Positions 26,913 to 30,634 of a stretch of 30,634 nt of DNA are shown here, piece after piece. The notes under the pieces are model-generated. The model was not told the origin of the DNA and made no database searches. It saw nothing but the letters and a program-made list of their open reading frames with translations. Origin of the DNA: an uncultured Thermococci archaeon (GTDB lineage Archaea > Methanobacteriota_B > Thermococci > Methanofastidiosales > NM3); assembly GCA_964435645.1 (NCBI GenBank), contig CAYSZY010000005.1:1-30634 (forward strand), given 5' to 3'. The stretch's first letter is position 1, and the number at the start of each line of letters is the position of its first letter. Position numbers and translations under genes: made by a program.

Positions 26913-27592
26913 ATTATTCCGCTTTTCGTTATTAGTGACATCGTATAGATATTATATTTCCCTTCATTGGCATCTTATCGTTTCAAATATTTATCAATCA
27001 GTGGAAGTATTTCTTAAAGTAATTGCAGAGAAGCATGTTTGGGTAACTTTTTTCTCTTAACATTGAGAATTTCATTGGCAATGTTACATTTTTTCACAGG
27101 GGTGCTGCGTTTTTCCGTGAGAGCCAATGATGCTTCATGCGATGCATGGGATTATGAATGATATGCATGCAGCGCGCAGGCAATTGCATGGCTTTTCCCC
27201 TTGTTTTCCATGGCGTTGCACCATTCCGTACGAGCTCGCCTGCCAATGGGCAGATTCATCCCACAGGGGCATACTGCGTGCGAAACCAAATAATGTATGT
27301 TTAGCCGGAGTGCTTTGATGGGAACGCTGATGTTCTAGGTGCCGCAACCACCTGTGCGCACCTTTTCCACCAATGGCCTCCCGGGGCCAACGACCAACGG
27401 CTAAAGCCAGTGGGGCCTCTGTGCCAACAGATTTATGCGAACGTGCAATGGCAGCCACAGAAAGCCCCACCGGGCCCACACAGCCATATCATAATATGCA
27501 TCACTGCATGCATGCCCTGTGAATAGAAAAATACTAATAGAATATCCACTGGTGCGAATATTCATAATGAGAAAAAGAGATAGGGGATTGCT

Positions 27593-28369
27593 CTAGAATC
27601 TCTGCATCCGCTTTTCCCGTGCCCGGTCGCACACCGTATCGATCTCGTCGTTGGAAAGCTTGTCCAGCAAGTGTTCGGGGCAGCAGGGATTCATTGCGAC
27701 ATTGATGCGAATCTCGTAATACTTGTCATCGCATAGTTCGCAGAGGCATGCCTCGGGCGTCGAAGGATTGCCGGCCACGCAGTAGCGAACGTGCCCCTCA
27801 TCGTCCTTTGCAAGCTTATGGAGATATTCTACAGGAAGATTCTTGTTTTCTGCAACACACCTTCGAACGGTATATTTGGGGTCATCTACCATGGATACAA
27901 GCACATCCACCGGCGTGGAAGGATTACGTGCTACCTTTCTTCTCGTAAGCTCCTCCTTGTCTGTTGAAAGCTTCTTAATTATCTCGGTGGGTGTCCGAGG
28001 ATTTGCAGCAACTGCGATGCGCACGTGTTCCGACTCGTCTTCGGATAATAATCTAAGTATGTCTTCGGGCGCATTATCGCTATATGCTATCATCCTCTTA
28101 ACAAACGGTTCTGTGGACGTTGAAAGCTCCCTGATAAGTTTTTCAGAAAACGGGATACATTCCGAAGCCCGATATTCCAAGACCTGGTAAAGGTACGGTT
28201 CATTCTTTAGCAAGCCCAATATCTCGTCTGTTGAATTCTCGTTCCATGCGACAATTCGTCGGACTTCGTAGTCTTCGTCGTTGGCTAACTTTAGCAGAGT
28301 CTCTTCTGATATGGAGGGGTCGTCAGCAAGTTCCATTTTTTCTTCTTGAGTCATAGTCATACGATTCAC
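27593..28369 (-). CDS. leucine-rich-repeat-variant (LRV/HEAT-like) repeat protein with Cys-rich C-terminal region
   Basis: About seven tandem repeats of the form D.D..VR..VA.NP.TP.E.L..L..D, with clustered Cys in the last two repeats (CLCELC, NPCCPEH). Confidence 0.7.
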   Translation of the reverse strand: MNRMTMTQEEKMELADDPSISEETLLKLANDEDYEVRRIVAWNENSTDEILGLLKNEPYLYQVLEYRASECIPFSEKLIRELSTSTEPFVKRMIAYSDNAPEDILRLLSEDESEHVRIAVAANPRTPTEIIKKLSTDKEELTRRKVARNPSTPVDVLVSMVDDPKYTVRRCVAENKNLPVEYLHKLAKDDEGHVRYCVAGNPSTPEACLCELCDDKYYEIRINVAMNPCCPEHLLDKLSNDEIDTVCDRAREKRMQRF

Positions 28370-28472
28370 CTAGTGGTGCCTCACGTAGCTTTTTATAAAC
28401 TTACTTTTTGTACATATAAGTTTTTCCCTATGGCACTACAAAAATGTGAAGATTAATAAGCATCTATGATAT

Positions 28473-29666
28473 ATGTGTATCATGCCCACATCTTCATCTC
28501 GCGTTGCTACGCTGATTCTGTGTGTAGCGTTCGTAATCGCCACAATGGGCACATCTTCGGCATCTACCTATGATAATCGTATAGGGGTCACCTACTCCGG
28601 TACCGTATCCTGTGATGCATATGGCCAGCCGCAGATCAGTGCACGGCAGACATTGTATTATTTATTTGAGGCTTTGCCCCCATCTGGCGCCAACTGGGGC
28701 ACATATGAGTTGCATGAAGTAAATCTCGTGACGCTAGAGGACGCCGTTACCGACGTTTTTCTTAGCGATGGCAATATCGCACTGCTTGATAACGGGGCGG
28801 TATTTGTCATGGTCGGTGATTCGGAATACTATGGCATGTACTGGAATATTTCCGAAAACTATCGGAAGGACACCCGCCTTAAGACCGCCAATGGCCATGA
28901 TGCGTATACGCTCGTCTTTTCCGAATGGATGCTGTCATATAAGCAAATTTTCGCGTATAACGCGCTTACAGGAAAAAGCAGCATGGTCACCACATCAAAT
29001 AACAGCCATACATCTCCGCGCATCTCTGGGAATACCGTGGTGTATGCACAATATGACGATGACTGGAATATCTACTGCTCGGATGTGTCAGGCGGCCCTG
29101 CAATTAAAATTTCCTCTCTCCCCGGCGATGAGGCCGACCCGTGCATAGATGGTACTGTAATCGTGTTTTCCCATGTGGGTGCGTCTGCTAATGCATTGTA
29201 TGCTACAGATATTTACGGTATCGACTCGATACGGCTTTCTTCCAATACCGGCGAATACACATTCAACAACGGCCATGTTCTTTATTATGATATTAAGAAG
29301 TCTAAATGGGTGGTATACTGCTTTGATACAGGGTACTTCCACGTCTTTGATGACGCGGGCGGCAACACCGATGATATTGCCATCAGTGAGCGGTGGGCAT
29401 GTATTGGTGGGAGGATATACAAGTTATATGATTCCCCCGCAGTTACTATTCCCCCCTCAGCGACACCTGTGCCATCACAACCGGTTACCGGGACGAATGC
29501 GCCGAGCGAGACACAGGTCCCCCCTACCACTGTAGCCCCTTATGAAGAACCTGTAGCAGGAACAGGGGGCCATGGCGCGGGGATGTATGCCGCACTGCTT
29601 ATTGTCATTGCCCTGATAGTGGGCGCGGGGTGGTACGTATCCAAATACCATAAGAAAAATCTATAA
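28473..29666 (+). CDS. secreted cell-surface protein: signal peptide, beta-propeller-like repeats, Thr/Pro-rich linker and C-terminal TM anchor with basic tail
   Basis: N-terminal hydrophobic signal sequence. Repeated '...D/NG..I/V.Y....' units. Linker PPSATPVPSQPVTGTNAPSETQVPPTTVAPYEEP, then GMYAALLIVIALIVGAGWYVSKYHKKNL. Confidence 0.7.
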   Translation: MCIMPTSSSRVATLILCVAFVIATMGTSSASTYDNRIGVTYSGTVSCDAYGQPQISARQTLYYLFEALPPSGANWGTYELHEVNLVTLEDAVTDVFLSDGNIALLDNGAVFVMVGDSEYYGMYWNISENYRKDTRLKTANGHDAYTLVFSEWMLSYKQIFAYNALTGKSSMVTTSNNSHTSPRISGNTVVYAQYDDDWNIYCSDVSGGPAIKISSLPGDEADPCIDGTVIVFSHVGASANALYATDIYGIDSIRLSSNTGEYTFNNGHVLYYDIKKSKWVVYCFDTGYFHVFDDAGGNTDDIAISERWACIGGRIYKLYDSPAVTIPPSATPVPSQPVTGTNAPSETQVPPTTVAPYEEPVAGTGGHGAGMYAALLIVIALIVGAGWYVSKYHKKNL

Positions 29667-29670
29667 TAGC

Positions 29671-30177
29671 TTATTTGCATGATGCGAGGGCCGATGTTAG
29701 GTCCTCCTTCCATGCGTCGTTGATAAAGACGCTTATTTCCCGTATTATATCGCCTGAGGCCGATCTTACTTCCAACGTATCCAGGTGCGTGTCCTTCTCC
29801 ATGACATAGTATCCCTTTTCGGACGCGTTGATGGCAACTGCGCGCATATACCCGCTTACCTTTATCTCATTAGGCCATTCCCGTATGGCCTGTATCTCTA
29901 TAAAATCCAAGAGATATTCCGTTTGCCACGATTCACCACAGCGACCCCAATAAAATTCCCACGCATCACAACTTGACCCGTCTGAAAAGACCACGGCAAG
30001 ATAGTCCCCGTGTTCACCACTTCGTGTTTCGTATTCGTAACCCAGCTCTTTAGCGTAGCATTCTGCAACAGTCGAACAAGTTGGCGATTCAGCAGGGTTT
30101 AAACTGCCCGAGGATATGCATCCTGCAATGAGTACTGCCACAAGCCCTATGATGACAAGGGGGGGATGTGCCTTCAT
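29671..30177 (-). CDS. DUF333-like lipoprotein
   Basis: MKAHPPLVIIGLVAVLIAGC lipobox signal, then NPAESPTC...GDYLAVVFSDGSSCDAWEFYWGRCGE, which resembles the DUF333 (PF03891) signature NPAsvyC...C.F.DGS.CdEWayyRGEC. Confidence 0.55.
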   Translation of the reverse strand: MKAHPPLVIIGLVAVLIAGCISSGSLNPAESPTCSTVAECYAKELGYEYETRSGEHGDYLAVVFSDGSSCDAWEFYWGRCGESWQTEYLLDFIEIQAIREWPNEIKVSGYMRAVAINASEKGYYVMEKDTHLDTLEVRSASGDIIREISVFINDAWKEDLTSALASCK

Positions 30178-30634
30178 GAATATGTTCGTGCATTGGTGCT
30201 TAAAAGTATTTTGCGCAATGCGCATGGCATTAATACACTATGCCCTAATTACCACAATGCTGCCTATCATAATATTTTTCTAAAAATATATCCCAATATC
30301 GTTTCAACAAAACTATTTATGCCTAGCAACCGTGTAGAAGTACGAGACAGCATATGTGAGTGATGGCATATCAGCACCGGCTTTTAAAAGGGCTTGGAGG
30401 CGATGGCAAAGCGTCGATCGAATGGCTTCTGGAGTCAATGGATGTATCTTCAATCCGGTGCTATACTGGAACGAAATTATATCTACATCCTAAACGATTT
30501 GGTCCCGAAAGGGAATTGTACCGGGAAGCAGTCTCAACGGGCCAACGCCTGAAAAGGAATAGTGGATGTACTGCACAATCATCATGAAACCTAATGGTTC
30601 GCTATTAGGGGTGTTGTTTTACAATCTGTGGCCA

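Noticed and set aside
27127-27520. Possible RNase P RNA or SRP RNA in the GC-rich intergenic block
   Set aside because: Looked for the conserved AGGAAAGUCCGGGCUCC (P4) and SRP helix-8 GGAAGCAGC motifs; neither is present. Only a partial 'gaaagccccaccgggc' resemblance. Left as an unexplained region instead.
30226-30634. 75-aa ORF 30360-30587 and a possible tRNA at the window end
   Set aside because: The ORF has no motifs. The region is AT-rich and promoter-like upstream of the divergent lipoprotein gene. No cloverleaf with a T-loop consensus was found.
1-30634. CRISPR arrays, rRNA, integrase or complete transposase genes
   Set aside because: No regularly spaced direct repeats with unique spacers, no rRNA-like conserved stretches, and no tyrosine/serine recombinase or TnpA motifs were seen. 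Only the TnpB fragment hints at mobile DNA.

Overview
Largely chromosomal, archaeal-looking sequence (about 55–60% GC, TATA-box promoters with short leaders, several lipobox signal peptides). It resembles a euryarchaeon of the Thermoplasmata/Methanomassiliicoccales type, but this cannot be confirmed without searches. The window begins with a truncated Cys-rich DUF1847-like gene, then an FKBP/SlyD-like peptidyl-prolyl isomerase, a SAM methyltransferase and a Ca-type P-type ATPase. Next comes a small cassette of alpha-acetolactate decarboxylase plus a degraded TnpB fragment, bounded by inverted copies of a roughly 46-bp hairpin repeat; a third copy sits near position 740. A complete molybdate/tungstate ABC importer (wtpABC) is followed directly by an overlapping molybdopterin-biosynthesis cluster: moeA-moaA-moaD-moaE-moaC-moaB-moeA. 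After that come an alkaline-phosphatase-family enzyme, a glutaredoxin-like/FTR-like redox pair, LysE and MATE exporters, a cyclophilin-like protein and a flavodoxin. These are followed by two tandem ABC-2 ATPase/permease pairs, a homolog of the methionine-synthase AdoMet-binding activation domain, a coiled-coil protein, a YdjI-type SPFH protein fused to a SHOCT domain, and a DUF1638-like protein. The window ends with a long unexplained convergent intergenic region, an LRV-repeat protein, a surface-anchored beta-propeller-like protein and a DUF333-like lipoprotein. No tRNA, rRNA or CRISPR array was found. The most distinctive elements are the repeat-bounded alsD/TnpB' cassette, the flavodoxin/ABC/MetH-activation-domain/DUF1638 neighbourhood (a possible corrinoid reactivation module) and the SPFH-SHOCT pair.
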